A stretch of 64,000 nucleotides of DNA from Mytilus californianus (taxonomy: Eukaryota), in contig NW_026262604.1 of assembly GCF_021869535.1 (NCBI RefSeq), forward strand, positions 4,092,001 through 4,156,000, in the 5' to 3' direction. Positions within the stretch are counted from its first letter, which is position 1; the number at the start of each line of letters is the position of its first letter. This document shows positions 38,356 through 52,094 of the stretch, one piece after another. Below the pieces are notes generated by a model. That model had not been told where the DNA came from, did not search any database, and saw only the letters and a program-made list of their open reading frames with translations. A program made the position numbers and the translations under genes.

Positions 38356-38506
38356 CATTGATGCCGTATACTTGTTCTCCTATGATTGCCCCCACTGATT
38401 TCCGTGTTGATGAAGAGATTCTGCGTCGGTCAAGTATTGGGAGTTATTTGTTGCTAAATATAACATTCCTGCTCCTACAGCCATTTCATCTTTATAGTCG
38501 CTTGTT
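38356..38506 (-). CDS. GH9 cellulase exon 7 (contains the TAG)
   Basis: TSDYKDEMAVGAGMLYLATNNSQYLTDAESLHQHGNQWGQS*ENKYTASM; donor GTAAGT. Confidence 0.92.
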
Positions 38507-39158
38507 CTGAAAACAAAGAAGTTGCTGATATCAATATGGCTTCTTTCACTTTTTATTTTCTGACTCGTGAATACATTACACTTCTATTTTTGTTTGTTCA
38601 TGTCATCAAAAAAATGTTAGGCGATATAATTTGCCTTTGTCACTTGAACTCTCGCGAGACATCTTTTGTGGTTTTTTCTCTTTAACGCTAAACTCAAATC
38701 GTTTAATCGGTATAGCGTATCGGTAAACTAGAGTCTTCTAATGTTTACCTTCTTAATAAACAGTAGTCAAATTGTAAGACCAAACGTGTTTTCTGTTTTA
38801 TTAAACAGTATAATAATAAGTTTAGAGGCGTTGATCTTGTTTTTGTGTCGATTAAATATATCTAAAGCAGTTCATAAATAGAAATTTGGAAATACATAAC
38901 CAAAACAAACAAATATTACATCACGTTATTTCATTATGATAGCGACTTTAAAAGTTACATGTAGGCTTATAACCTTGGACAGTTGTAAACATGTACACTA
39001 GAGATCAAACAGTTTAATTAAGATGAAAAGGTCTTCACTAAACAGACCGATCGAAATCACAAAAAATCAAAAGGACTCAATACACAAAGTATCAATATGA
39101 AAGAATTTGCAGTTGCATGATTAAAATATTATTCTTTATTTATTTCAAAGTGTAATAC

Positions 39159-39264
39159 CCATAGCCGGCTCCTTTAACACTATCCCTGAATAATCCTGGA
39201 TAAGTTTTCCCAAACGTATAAATATCCTTTGAGTGATTCAAAAGCTTTATAGAAAACGCTGGAT
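39159..39264 (-). CDS. GH9 cellulase exon 6 (3' boundary uncertain)
   Basis: Acceptor ttttttcag; DPAFSIKLLNHSKDIYTFGKTYPGLFRDSVKGAGYG(YYT). Either a weak GTATTA donor after 39159 or a lost donor after 39150; both keep phase 2. Confidence 0.85.
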
Positions 39265-39696
39265 CTGAAAAAAGAGTGGATATATATGTAATGACTTATA
39301 TTAGTTGTATCAAATAACGGGTTTTTATGTGTATTTTTGTAATAGGTTTTTCGAGATTTAAGATAATACAAACTTATCCAACTTTAGACGATAAAATTGA
39401 TGATTAATTTAAAAAAAATAAGCGCCCGCTGTACTATTTAAAAACGTTCCCTTGTGAATCTCTATTTAAAAGCACTTGTTTCTGTATGAATAATTTAAGT
39501 ATATCGTATTCATCGTAGAGTACTTTAGACGACGAATTTAATGTATGTTGGAACTTCTATACACTATATAAGACAACAACAAAACATACATGTTTGCTAG
39601 CTTTACTTGAGTCAAAACATTTGTTCTTAATGTTATTTATTTTAATTTTTCTGTGAAAAAAATCAAATTAAAAACAAAAAGTCTTATAGTTTTGTA

Positions 39697-39742
39697 AGTC
39701 AGACGCGCGTTTCGTCTATTTAAGACTCGTTCATCAGTGTCG
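39697..39742 (-). ncRNA. Degenerate type I hammerhead (retrozyme remnant)
   Basis: Minus strand gacaCTGATGA-acga-GTCTtaaatAGAC-GAAAC-gcgc-GTC-tgac. There is a 4-nt insertion after the core and stem I is weakened. Confidence 0.65.
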
Positions 39743-40644
39743 ATTGAATCAAATTAAATAAAAAACTAAAAATAAAATATGAAGTCGACAAAAAATCTCA
39801 ATGTAAAACCACGTGATCTCTGTATCTTCTTTCTTTTCTGTATGCATACCTTAATAAACGCTTTACATTTATAGTCAATAGGCGTGTTAACGCTTAAAAG
39901 AAACATATTGTTGCTCAAAACAGTGCACTCTTGATTCTGGATAAAATAACGAGCCTTTGTCTTCCGATCACGTGATAGGTGAACAATTCAAACAAGTCAA
40001 TATGACTAGAAACAGTCAATTGCTTTGCTTATTGTTGAAGGCCGTACGGTGACATATAGTTGTTAATTTCTGTGTCATTTGGTTTATTGTGGAGAGTTGT
40101 CTCATTGGCAATCATACCACATCTTCATTTTTATAATTGAAATTGCGGCAATGTTTATTGCCTAAAAACAATATCGAAATAAGTATTTCATTTATATTTG
40201 ATTTGCTTTTGATTTCTATGTTACAAGATGTGCACTCATGATTATGTTGATACTCACTTCCTACAATATGATATGACCATTACATATAATTTCAAATGTG
40301 TGTAAGGTCATCAAAATTCTTGGCTGAACACAATACTATAATGCCAAAATATGCTTGTTTTGAGATCTTTTCATTATTAGACAGACCACAAGCATATCTA
40401 TTTTTGTATTGAGACTTACATAATTATGTAAGGACAGAATGAATCTTGGATTCAATGCAGTACTTTATAAAAATGGAAATACAGGTTAATTCTGACAGTG
40501 TTTCATCAATATTAAGATATGAGCGAAGGCTTTGTTCAAAAACATGTCTTGTCGCCAGCTGTCATACATTACAAGTTTAATGTTAAAGTGGGTAAAATAT
40601 ATTCAAGAGTATCCAATTTTTTCTATAAATAATAAATAAATCTA

Positions 40645-40839
<195 letters not shown>

Positions 40840-41518
40840 TTACGAACATTGCAAATGAAATCTGTTAGTGTTTGATTTTGTCAAAACTCTCTATCTCTCT
40901 CTCCAACTCTCTCAACCGCAGGATTTAAAAAAAAAATTGATTCGAGCATCTATGAGACAACTCTGCACAAGAGACCAAATGACACAGATATTAACTATAG
41001 TTCACAGTACGGCATTCAACAATGAGCAAAGCTCATACTGCATAGTCAGCTATATAGCCCCGAAATGACAAATGTAAAACAATTAAAACGAGAAAACTAA
41101 CGGTTTATATATATATATATGAAAAAAGTTTTTTCATCAGAAGATTTCAAAATATTGTTCCTTAATTCGCTTTAGTCTCAAAACAAATAGTAATCACTGT
41201 ATTTTGCACATTCTTCCGTTTTCATTTTAGGATTTTGTGGACGTTATTATTTTTTTGGCAATATAGTTGTCTGTTTTCATGCAACGGTGTTTGTAATATT
41301 TTTTTCTATTGGCACCTTGGAATTTCTCACATTCTTGATTGGAATATGCAAAATAAGTTTGAAACCAACGAAAGATAAGCACCAGATATTGTTATTGTCA
41401 TGATATCATGTAATTACAGAAACAGTCTTTGACGTATCAGGGACAAGGGTTATTACAAGGATTTCCAAGTTTCAGTTAACATCACTTTTGCATAACCTGT
41501 TTATGTTATTAAACATAC

Positions 41519-41703
41519 CTGAATATAAAGTTCATTTTTCCCCGTATGACATTTGAGTAACCATTCTAGCGACCAACGAATGCAGTCGTACATTTCATCC
41601 AATTGTCCACTGGCATTGTACGCGTCTTTGTATTGAAGGAGACCCCAGGTCAGCAAAGTTACAGCACTGGCTTGTGGAAGTCCAAACTTAACATGATCAC
41701 CAG
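41519..41703 (-). CDS. GH9 cellulase exon 4
   Basis: AGDHVKFGLPQASAVTLLTWGLLQYKDAYNASGQLDEMYDCIRWSLEWLLKCHTGKNELYIQ. Confidence 0.95.
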
Positions 41704-42106
41704 CTGCAAAATGATCCATTATGAATCTCGATTTAACATATCTTATATTTTATACAATGAAACTTCTTGTTGTGAACTGTCCATATGAAGCGTATAACAA
41801 GAACTTTATATGTATTATGTATTTCATTTTTGATACTAGTACTATAATCCAGGGATTCATGTTACCTCGTGGTATGTTGATACTATTTGTCTCTTTTCAA
41901 GGCATCAAATGTAACCTCCAAGTTCTGACCGAAAGTGGTTGCGAATTTGTCCACCCCACATCAAAAAGAACGCCCCACTTTGAAAAAAAATATGATTGAA
42001 GCCCATTCTGTGGATAGCTGATACACATGTACACACAACCAAAACTAAGACGTTGAACTTATGGAAGTAATGATTAACTGGGAAAAACTATTTGACGTAG
42101 CTCGGT

Positions 42107-42550
42107 ACTTATACATCCTGTCATTGTGTTATTATGCGATGTTAAATTTTTGTATTATTGTCTTTCGTTTTTGCTAATTTGCTTTGTCTATATACATTTG
42201 TGCTTTTCTTTGTTGATATATTTGTTTTTTATAGTGATAAAGAATATTACACAGTGTTGACTGTTGTTCCCCTATGTATTACATTTTTACCTATTATGTC
42301 TGTTTGTTTTGTTCATACATCGTTGTCAATATAATAGAATTTTAGGCGAATTTTATCCGACTGTTATAAGTGAAATGTTGAGGTTGCTTTAAAACCACCA
42401 TTTTCTACAAAAGAGAATACATGTACCAAGTCAAGAATATGACAGTTGTTTTCCATTCGTTTGATGTGATTGGGTTTTTGATTTTGCTATTTGTTTAGGG
42501 AGTGTCCGTTTTCAATTTTCCTCGGAGTTTGGTATGTTTGATGAATTACT
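42107..42550 (+). repeat. Contiguous copy of abundant interspersed repeat family A
   Basis: ggtacttatacatcc...gttgtcaat...gtcaagaatatgacagttg...cctcggagtt. Partial copies at about 1808-1950(-), 11296-11620(-), 18365-18475(-), 28005-28241 + 29451-29665, 34800-35005 and 50555-50760. Confidence 0.85.
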
Positions 42551-42590
42551 TTCAAATACGTTTCTAAATAACGTTATTTATTATACATTA

Positions 42591-42857
<267 letters not shown>

Positions 42858-43114
42858 TCATTATCAATGTAACATCTGCTTTTTCGATTGATCAGACAAC
42901 CACTATATCGTTCTTGAACAACTATCGTAATGTCAAATTAACTGATACCAACAGCTCCTTTTCTAATAAATGACGACGGAAATTGCCAAATAACATCGTT
43001 TATCGATCGAAAGATCGTCTTGACTATGCCCGAAAGACCAGATCCATGGAACCATTTAAATCTTCATTAAGAAAACAATGTCACGGTACTATTTCTTTTG
43101 TCACAGTTACTTAC

Positions 43115-43322
43115 TATTGGAGGTTATTGGTGGTTTGAAATTGTCATGCCCCATGTTATGCAAATACGCCTGTGCAGAGGGTACATTTCCGTCCTTTGTT
43201 GTTCCTTGTATCATAACATCGAACAGGTGATTAGTAGTCTGAATGCCCGTGTGGTCTTTGTTAACGAGATAATGAACTGTTTCATTGCTGGAATCTTTTA
43301 CATATTCTATACCGACTGGTGA
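43115..43322 (-). CDS. GH9 cellulase exon 2 (second half of CBM2-like module and linker)
   Basis: SPVGIEYVKDSSNETVHYLVNKDHTGIQTTNHLFDVMIQGTTKDGNVPSAQAYLHNMGHDNFKPPITSN; acceptor cattttag, donor GTAAGT; in frame with exons 1 and 3. Confidence 0.88.
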
Positions 43323-43349
43323 CTAAAATGTAGAAAAGTGAACGACTAG

Positions 43350-43530
43350 AAGAGGACTGATTTGTTATCAATGTTAAAATAGTTAAATCAGATAAGGATT
43401 GATTTGTATACGTATTTAATATTAAAATAGTAAAACTTGATACGGACTGATTTGTAGTCAATGGATATATATTGAAACTAGATAAAGATTGATGTGTAGT
43501 CAATATTAAACTAGTAAAACTGATGCGAAA
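43350..43530. repeat. Short degenerate minisatellite (about 4 units of 40-48 bp)
   Basis: Recurrent ga(c/t)tgatttgt...aat(a/g)ttaaaa(c/t)agt. It explains the TNQSLS-repeat ORF 43282-43548. Confidence 0.75.
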
Positions 43531-44487
43531 GAGGCCACCAAATGACAAATGCTTTTAACATAATAGTAATGTTAACATAAGGAATTACAGGCTATGCAAA
43601 ATTAATTAGTAGGTCCATTCAGGGTTTTAAATTCACAATAATTTCACTTGTACGACGGTCTTTCAGTTGTAAATAAGTAACAGTTAGTTTTGGAGCTAAC
43701 ATATCAATACAAAGCCAACGTCAGCAAACGGACAAGCAAAAGCAAGAGTTATTGTCGGGTCTCTAATACGTACGCGAAACAGAAATGCTTACTGCAATGG
43801 AGTTTTTGTCATATGTGTCTGATGCCATGGAGTTTATATTGCTATTGTGTTTATTGCCTAGGGATCATTCTACTATAAAGGTTATCTCTTTTGTGTGTCA
43901 CTTGATCTTTAAAAACCAAAATTTGCTGAGCACAATCTTAATTTCCGAATTGATGTTGTCTCCACAGAAATAAAACGCGAATAACATCGTTGTTGTTTAT
44001 CAATTATATGAGACCACATACGTGATAAAAGAATTAGGTATTAACGATTTATATGAAAACATAAACTCTCAAAACACTTACCAAAAAATGAAAAGAGGAT
44101 AGCATTAACCTTCAACTTCAAATTCTGAATTTCCCACAAAATACAAACAATTCCATATCGAATGTGAAATCGCCAAATTAGTTATCACATGTTGAGTAGG
44201 ATCTGCTTACACTTCCGGAGCAGATGAGATCATTAATGGGTCGTAAATCTCAGTCATTTGCTGTTTTTGTCTGTGTTTTTGTCGTTTTACGTTTGTTTGC
44301 TTTGACGTTGTCAGAGTGTCATCAACAGATAAGTTTGAATATCTCTTAAATCTTCTATCTCTCTTTTTTCTAACACTTGATTATTCATCTCCAGTAAAAT
44401 TTCACTTATTTGTAATGTAAAATGTATTTGTGAGTCAAGCGGAAAAATCCAATTTTACATCAAAAAGAAAACCAGATATCATCATAC

Positions 44488-44670
44488 CGTTAATCCCGTG
44501 ACTGCCTTAGAAAAATCTATTTGAATTTTCCATCCAACTAAATCTTCGGTGAGGTTGAATAAGAAGTGCCCATTGAATCCACCATTACCTATATCCGTCA
44601 CTTGAACCATAGGTATGACATCGAGTGCACCCACAATGACAGGCAGTAGATACAACCAGTAACACACCAT
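44488..44670 (-). CDS. GH9 cellulase exon 1 (signal peptide + CBM2-like N-terminal half)
   Basis: MVCYWLYLLPVIVGALDVIPMVQVTDIGNGGFNGHFLFNLTEDLVGWKIQIDFSKAVTGLT; donor GTATGA, phase 0. The N-terminal CBM2 + GH9 layout is known for molluscan cellulases. Confidence 0.85.
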
Positions 44671-45002
44671 TATCTATCACTTTTGTACACAATCTCAAAT
44701 TAACAAATTCATAATTTAGAAAATACAATTTATAAATTTCAGTTACCTTTCAAAAGGAGTTGAATCATCTTTTTTTTTAGTCTGATAAAATCAAAACCCT
44801 CACCCAATGCATCAAATTATTAGCCCGGTATCTTAAATGAGTTTTTATATAGTCATACACAGTATCTATGTTTTATTTACTTCTGTAGCAAGACATTTAG
44901 TGGTGGCAACGATATGCCATGTATCTGTTTGCCCACTTTCTTTTATTGTTGGCCAAGTGATTTAGATTTTTTGTTATACGAATTTATTATATGACTTGTG
45001 GA

Positions 45003-45209
45003 TACTATGGATTAATTTATTTTCGTTGGTACCAATTTTCGAGGATTGAGATAAACTTGCACTTTCTTGGATATTTAATTCCGTGGTTTTTGCAAAGTAT
45101 GCATTTATTTGTTTAGGAAATTTTTAATTCGTTGAACATTCTTGGCTCTCCTATATCCACGAAATCCAGGAAAATTGGTATCCGACGAATTATAATTAAT
45201 CCACAGTAT
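45003..45209. mobile_element. Tc1/mariner-type MITE
   Basis: Ends TACTATGGGATTAATT / AATTAATCCACAGTA; interior similar to 20289-20496. Confidence 0.7.
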
Positions 45210-46243
45210 CCAATACGCCATGTTTATTCATTGTGTGATTATGCAAAAGACTTTTACCTTTACTTGAATTAACTATGACAACAATGCGGAAACAGTTTAA
45301 AAATATAGAAAAAAGAAGTCACGTAATATTTTTGATAGATACAGTCAATTAAGGGCCGACCATTTGATTCCATTGAGAGATGGTTGGGGAATAATCAAAA
45401 CGTATGAATATCATATATTTGGTGTTCACGTCAAATTCATTTATTTTTATAGATATTGCCTGATTGTATGTTTTGTTTTGCTATGTAATTCTTTTGATCG
45501 ATGATGACTTCAATGTTTCCAAACTCAATTTCCTTTGTTGATAGGTAGCTATATTCATACAGTTTATAATTCTTGTAACTGTATTCTTGTTTAATTAACT
45601 GTATATTCTACATACGGACTGCCTAGAGCTACACCAATCGTTATGGTGCGTAGTTATTGCACCAGATGTGCATTTAAACAGTTGATGTCTGGCAAAGATG
45701 TTCGAGTCCAAATCAATTAAAGACCCAAAGTATAATACAAACTGGAAGGGCTGGAATAACATGAAGACAAACCACTGACAGTGATGGAGATACATTCTTT
45801 AAAGATTTTATTATCATCTCTTATACAATTTGGTTGTAGAGGAGAGTTTATTTGTTTCATAATAAGATATCTCAACCACATTTACGTATTGGTTTATTCT
45901 GTAAAAGTGTGTATTGGATAAATGTTTCATAATAATGTTTAGCGCCTGACATTATAACACAGTACTTACCTGTAAATGAATATTCCGCACACTGACTATG
46001 ATAGAAATGCAGACCAATACCTTATCAGTGATCTAGATTTTGAACTCTTTCATAACCGTTATTTCGCTCAAATAATTATTACGAAAGAATATTACCGATG
46101 ACACGTGTCTATATTTATAAATATGTCTGGATAATTTGAATAAAGATTTTAGATGATGATATAATTACGTGTTTTAACGCTCTAAACGAAAAAAAGGGAG
46201 ACGCAATATCAGATAGAGTCGTTAAAACGCCATTCATCTATTG

Positions 46244-46320
46244 AAAACTCATCATAGATACCAAGTATTAAATGTTGTACCCGGACGTTTCGTCTACAAA
46301 AGGCTCATTAATGACACACG
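46244..46320 (-). mobile_element. Retrozyme remnant with mutated hammerhead
   Basis: Minus strand gtcaTTAATGAgccttttgtagacGAAAC...cttggtatctatgatgagttt. The core CTGATGA is changed to TTAATGA. Confidence 0.6.
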
Positions 46321-49300
46321 AATGAAAACAAATTAAAACAGAAACGAAAGAAAGATATCAAAGGGATACTCACATTCTCAGGTAAAAAACTGACTTACTA
46401 AATTTAGATGAATCAAAGATAGTTTGTTTACGTTAATGTTACAGCAACTAAATAATAAAAGTATTCAAAGGACATTCCAATAATAGAATACTCGACTGTG
46501 TATAGAAAAAAAAAACAAACATAACTATCCCGATTTTCATCAACTCACTTTAAATACTCAAGATGATAAAAGTTAACGCTTTTGATGCATTTTGAATAGA
46601 CAGGATGACTCACTAGAAGAACACACATATCCATTGTTATTAGATGTGATTAAGTCTTGTAGTTTTCTATGTTATGTTTTGTGTTTTATTGCTTGTGTTT
46701 TGGTTTGTTTTGTTGCCATGACTTTGTCAGTTTATTTTCCACTTATGAGTTCGAGCATTTTCACTTTAGAAAAGAAAAGAACGTATTTTTTTGTTATTGT
46801 TAAGCAAAACTAGTTTAAGATGACAGGATACAGTTGCTAATTTACAAATTGTCTCCTGTCATTAATGCCTCAATGTCAAGCATAATAAACATAACTGTTA
46901 TCAGCACAAAGTGCATGTTTAACACTAGCAGATTTTCAGACAATGGTTGGGGTTGAAGGATCGAACATATCAAAATCAATCAATCACTTTAAACACTACG
47001 AAAGTAGCTCCAATTCCTTCTTTTTTTCACATCTTGAACGCTATTGTTTCCTGACAATGGTGTTACATTAAGTTAAATGTAGGATTTATTTAAGACTCAA
47101 TTGAAAGCTGATTATGTTAATTATACCAGAAACAGCACCTACAAATTGTATTTATTGTGACAACAACTTTTGCTTGGTCAGCCATTTATCATATAACTGA
47201 GCCTCCTCGCGGGATGTTTGATTAAGGGATTACATGACCGATTGTATAGTGATTATTTGAGTACCAGACCAAATATTCATAATTATTTGATTATATTGTT
47301 GATTATGAAATTACCTTGTTTAAAAAAAGTTGATGATCATGTGATTATATTGGCAATAAAATGATGACTAAATGATTACTTGAACATCTCCATGAGGGAC
47401 CTCATAACTACAGATGATGTCAAGAAGGAAACAATTAGTCGTGGTTGCTTTACATCAGTTTTGAGAGAAATTGAAGAATTTGTTAACAACTAAATACTAG
47501 AACAGTTTTCTGATCATTTTGAAAAAAAAATATTGGAGGAGAGTCTTCCCAGGAGGAAAACGATTGTACGGTTGCTTCACGACGAATTTCAAATATTTGA
47601 ACTCCTTGAATAATGACATACGATATAAAGGGAAATAAAGGAAAACAATGAAAATGTTACGTTGTGTATTGTGTATCGAAAATTACTCTGAAAAATATTT
47701 TTCTATTTTATTTACGTATACTAAGTTGCTGTTTTAAATGTTATGTTAGGACTTTTGCAATGACTAAAAAATATTCCTATAAAAGTACGGAGAAGTATCG
47801 ATTGCCAATGATAAAACTGTCAACAAAAGTGTAAATGAAATGGATATAAGTAATTAAAGTGAACCGAAGGGCTATCAACAATGAGAAAACCCATACCGTA
47901 TATTCGTATAAAAGAAAAAAAAAATCTGACAAACATGAACCAACGACAACCACTGAACTACGTTTGCTAGCGGTCAATCATGATTTCTTTCAATTGACCA
48001 AATGTGTAAATAAAAAAAAAAGAAGATATTAATATGTATTTGCTGATTATATTTTATATGTTTTCCGTAGATATTTGGTTTCAGCTTCTATAGATTTGTA
48101 GGACTTAGAGATTGCCATATTGTCAAACTGTAAAGACAATCAATATATTTTTGAAAAATAAGAAGTTTTGTTGTCGTTGGGTTACCTTCCTACTGAATAC
48201 GGTCTCTATTTAAGCATATGTTTACTTACAAATTACATGAAACTGAAGATGAAGTTGGGTGTTTTTTTCCATAATCTTTCAATAAAGGTAGCACCGTGTG
48301 ACATTTATATTTTTTAGGGATATTTTAGAAACCTTTTTTTAACACCTAACTCTTTTTCAGCAACAATCGATAAATTACTACATGGATTTCATATTAAAAC
48401 AAGTCAACATCGTCTCATATTACCGTAATTTTATATTTAAATTCCAAAGTCTCATCGATCCTAATAACAGAAAGAACAAAAATATATTCGACATAACAAG
48501 ACCACTACCTTTTAAAAATATTTTTTACGAAGGGGACTGGCAAAACTACTGTGTCTCCATAAACGACACGTCAAAATTGGAGTCAAATTCACCTCCTTTT
48601 CTTAAAATCTTAAGTCATTTTTTATAAAACGAAGTTATCTATTTTTTGAGATGCAGCAACTATATATATAGAATTATGATCACAATACCTTCATTGGCTG
48701 AAAATAAACACCATGTACTATGCTGATTCGCACATAATTATTTCTAATAATCGTTTGACCTGTTTTAAAAATTTGTCTACAATTTATCAAATGTTGATAA
48801 TGATGTTTATAAAACACACATAATGCTGCAAATAATTTTGGTGTATGGATCAAACGATCTACAAGACTGTAGCTAAGAGATGTCGATATTATGATTCCGG
48901 AATTATTTGTATGTGATGTGTACTTCGAACAAGTTCGCGAATTTATTATCAAGCACCGAATCTAGTTTTTGGATTGGTTGATTTCTGAGTCTGAGATCGA
49001 TAATCGTGCTCGAAATTATTATGACCACAAGGCCAGGCCTACGGAAAATATTTGCGCCAAATGTCCGTTTATATACTTACTGTGTGTCGCTAGGTAAACT
49101 CGATTTCCGATAATAAACACCACGTTTTACATAGTCCGAGATCAACGTACAATAAAGCTAAATCCAAAGTAATGTTCAATACCGTTTTATTTTATCAAAA
49201 TGTAAATTTCCACTTCAATCAAACTCTGGTGGATAGCTTTCTTATTTGCAATCATCCCACATCTCCAGATTTTGTTTATAATTTTGTGTTTTGTATGCTA

Positions 49301-52094
49301 TGAGTTGTAACAATTCTTATCGATTGGATGTATTAAGTAAAAATGTCAATTTGAGAATTTGATTTCATTGGTAGAAACTCAAGTTATAATTTTGTATGAG
49401 ACAATCAAAGGTAACCAGGAAAAGTGACAACTGCAAACAACAGAATGTTTTTAGATGTGCAATTTAATAATGAACATTAATTTGACCGACTTCCGTTTTA
49501 ATACAGATATTTTATTGAATCGAACACAAACATTTTTAGTGTAAATTTCACCACAGTTACAATGATGACCATATTTTATTACTGCGTACACAATTATATG
49601 TAAACTAAAAAAAAAGTAGACATGCTTATTGTAACTTTTTACACGGGAAATACAAATAAATATATAAAAAGGAAACGGACATGTGTTTTATCCAATTGTT
49701 TTCATTATTTTAGTATTTCAATGTTAACTTTTGCACTAGTACCAGTGTGATTAACGCATTTTCTTTCTCTCTTTTAGTTGTTACTATTGTTTGGATGTAA
49801 GACCGTGAAGAGTATTTAATTAAAAGAAAAAATACATTAACAGCAAGTATGATGAAGGTTGAAAGATACGACGATGAATACTGAATGACATTTAAAAATT
49901 TCACATTTCAAAATTATTTCGCAGAAGGTGAACCATCGATATAGTTAAAAACTTTGTTAAGCATATATCGGAGGCAATTTTTATTCTTTTTCTGTGACAA
50001 TATCAAAAATAAAATGCTTGGTTTTATGATTCTCTTCGTATTTGATATGATTCTCTTCGTATTTGATTAATGTATGATGAGTTATTTTGTCATACCATAT
50101 CGTATTACATGAAGGTCATTAGCACACCGTGTAACAAATTTATTTTACCAACTATCTTCACATGTGGTATTTAGACTAGCGATCTATCAAAGTGATTACG
50201 TCTTCAATACTTAGTATTAAGAACCTACTTCCATTTGTCTATACAATAAAAACAAAAGCCAACACTAACAACTTGTTAGCTTTAAACTTGTTTTTTTTTA
50301 ATTTATTTCAATCGTTCATTATCAATTTATTTGTCTTTTGAAACCTTTCATATTTCTTTTTGTTTTGAAAGGGGAGTAACTCCTTACTTACCCCATATGG
50401 TAACTAACCGTATACGGTAACTAATCCTATATGGTAACTTACCCTATATTAGTAGGACACCCTATATCAAATATATATGGTCACCATTTGTAGTCCTTTA
50501 ATCAATTATATCACATAGATATATGGGATGTGAGATAAATCTCAATTTTATGCGAATGTCATACACGCGAGAGGTAAAGCCAATTATAAAACCAGGTTTT
50601 AACATGTTTAACTTCTATTTTCTGCATAAGGAAATGTCTGTACCAAGGTAGGAATATGCCATTTGTGTTCCATTCGTTTGATGAGTTTAAGCTATCGATT
50701 CTGTTATTTGTTCACGGACTTTCCGTTTCCAATTTTCCGTTTTTTTGCTATTTTATTTTTTAATACTTTTTTACATTTTCAAAAACAGGAAGACATAAAA
50801 CTAATTTGCAAAGTTTGTTCAATTTGAAGCGTTCTGGAAAAACGGGCGGGGTACTAAGATTATTATGAGAAGAAAGTATTCTGATATGCATAGATAGTTT
50901 GGTTTGCTTCAAGACAAATATAAGAGTTGTTGAAAGGTTAATTTACGTTCGGAAAAAGAGGTACTCATTATGTCCTGAGCATCATTTTCTACAATTATGA
51001 CGAGGAGCTGTTGCGTATTTGTAAAATTCCCCTAACAACACAAGCGCCAAGTTTAGAATCGAGGTTTACGTGTAATACCACCATCGATTTTTCCCTATTA
51101 GTCTTTGTAAAATCTGCATTTAAAAAAAAGATAAAAAAATTGTGCAAAATTTATCTTTCTTCAAATAAAGTAATACTTTACTTATCCTGTCGAGTACTAT
51201 AGACAAAATGTCACATAACATTTCCTTGCATATAAGAAAATAACCATTCCTGGATGTGAACCAATCAAAATTTATCCCTTTTTTTTCGGTGTACAAGCTT
51301 TAGTAACCCTGTAACATCAAATTCATAAAATAGTCTATAGAAACACCAATTAAAAAATAATGGTACTTTGAAACACCTCCAAGATACATGTGTATGACTC
51401 AGAAATTTATTACAGCAATGAAATGTAGGATTAATGTCCTACAACTGTCAATTCAAGGGATATTTGTTTTGACCCTTTTTGTATGCAACCGGTTGTGACG
51501 TACTATGATTTGATGGTATAACACCTTTACTGTTGGATTGGAAAAGTCAAGGTGAATATGATGTTACACACTAGTCAACCGTTTTGTCTTCTGTTTTAAT
51601 TGATCATTGGATTACAATGCTGCTAACATACACTTTGTTTTAGTTATTTTGTGGAAGTTGAAGGTAAAGCGGCATCATAAAAATAACACAAATAAATAAA
51701 CACACATTGATTTAATCGTTTTTTGGATTTACATTTTCTTATGTTTTTTCATGTTTTATGTATTAAACCCTGTTTACCGCGGCGTCCAAAATTGACCATA
51801 ACTCTCGAAACACTTAGTAATGTATTGTGTCTGAGTTCTGCCTTTCAAACACTCAACGTTAATATAGAGTTTTCTATATCGCCTTGTAACACCTCAATTT
51901 TTATGATACTATCAGTTTTGTTTTTGTTTTAACAATTCTCATGTAACCACGTATAATTCTTCTTGTACTTATTTATAGAATTTACATATCCATTTTTACA
52001 TATCAGTAAGACATACTAATGCTCGTAATGTAAATCCCGTTCTATTTTCCTTCAATGTGACACTGTCTTTCACCCCTCTTTTCTCAAATAATAG

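Noticed and set aside
38380-38382. Stop-codon readthrough or recoding as a common explanation for the single stops in several genes
   Set aside because: The stops are of different types (TAG, TAA, TGA), replace different residues and share no downstream context. Ordinary point mutation is simpler.
43282-43548. 88-aa ORF with TNQSLS repeats
   Set aside because: It is the translation of an intronic minisatellite and is not needed for the in-frame cellulase model.
48847-49100. GS...DVDIM as a Mab-21/nucleotidyltransferase relic
   Set aside because: The motif needs a frameshift, the spacing is short, and nothing downstream supports it.
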